DNA of 14,128 bases from Candidatus Methylomirabilia bacterium (lineage in GTDB: Bacteria > Methylomirabilota > Methylomirabilia > Rokubacteriales > CSP1-6), in contig JBGQEL010000115.1 of assembly GCA_041496385.1 (NCBI GenBank), forward strand, positions 1 to 14,128. Direction: 5' to 3'. Below are positions 13,994-14,128 of this stretch, one piece after another (within the stretch, counting starts at the first letter, position 1; every line of letters begins with the position of its first letter). Both the position numbers and the translations under genes were made by a program. A model generated the notes under the pieces. That model did no database searches and was not told where the DNA came from. It saw nothing but the letters and a program-made list of their open reading frames with translations.

Positions 13994-14128
13994 CAGGTTG
14001 CGGAAAAAGCGGGTGAATAGCGGGCTCGAGGTTGGCTCATCACCGCACCAGACACCGGGCGGGCGCTTCGCTCGGGGTTCACTTGCCGCGTCCGCCCCAC
14101 GGACGTTGCGACAAATTGAGCGAGCCGC

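Noticed and set aside
14030..14090. Possible fourth sigma54 motif or terminator hairpin after the kinase
   Set aside because: GG-to-GC spacing is 9 nt at TGGCTCATCACCGC, and no GG sits at the required place before the TTGC at 14083. The hairpin is imperfect and has no U-tract.
1..14128. CRISPR array, tRNA/rRNA, transposase or integrase
   Set aside because: No regularly spaced repeats, structural RNA signatures or mobile-element motifs were seen, and almost all of the window is explained by coding genes.

Overview
This is a GC-rich bacterial window that looks like a low-oxygen/redox-stress island, with two divergent gene blocks meeting at an intergenic region at about 5085-5378. The leftward (minus strand) block holds a MaoC-phosphate acyltransferase fusion and acetate kinase. 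These are followed by a tightly coupled four-gene module: a stand-alone DUF542/RIC-N-like protein, a DUF1858-DUF2249-DUF2249 protein, a His-bearing polytopic membrane protein of heme-copper-oxidase-like architecture, and the 5' end of an Ahb/NirJ-like radical SAM gene that the ORF track missed. The rightward (plus strand) block holds a B-family (ba3-type) heme-copper oxidase (subunits IIa, II, I) and a DASS/SLC13 transporter. After these come DUF2267, a DUF6335-like protein, a USP, a CBS protein, a monoheme cytochrome c, a second CBS protein, and a soluble triple-PAS hybrid histidine kinase with a NifL-like PAS. The intergenic DNA shows three correctly spaced sigma54 (-24/-12) motifs, two of them back-to-back, and a CRP/FNR-family palindrome at class II spacing in front of the four-gene module. 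The MaoC domain appears to have lost its hydratase catalytic segment by an in-frame deletion. All family calls come from motif recognition by eye; no searches were run.
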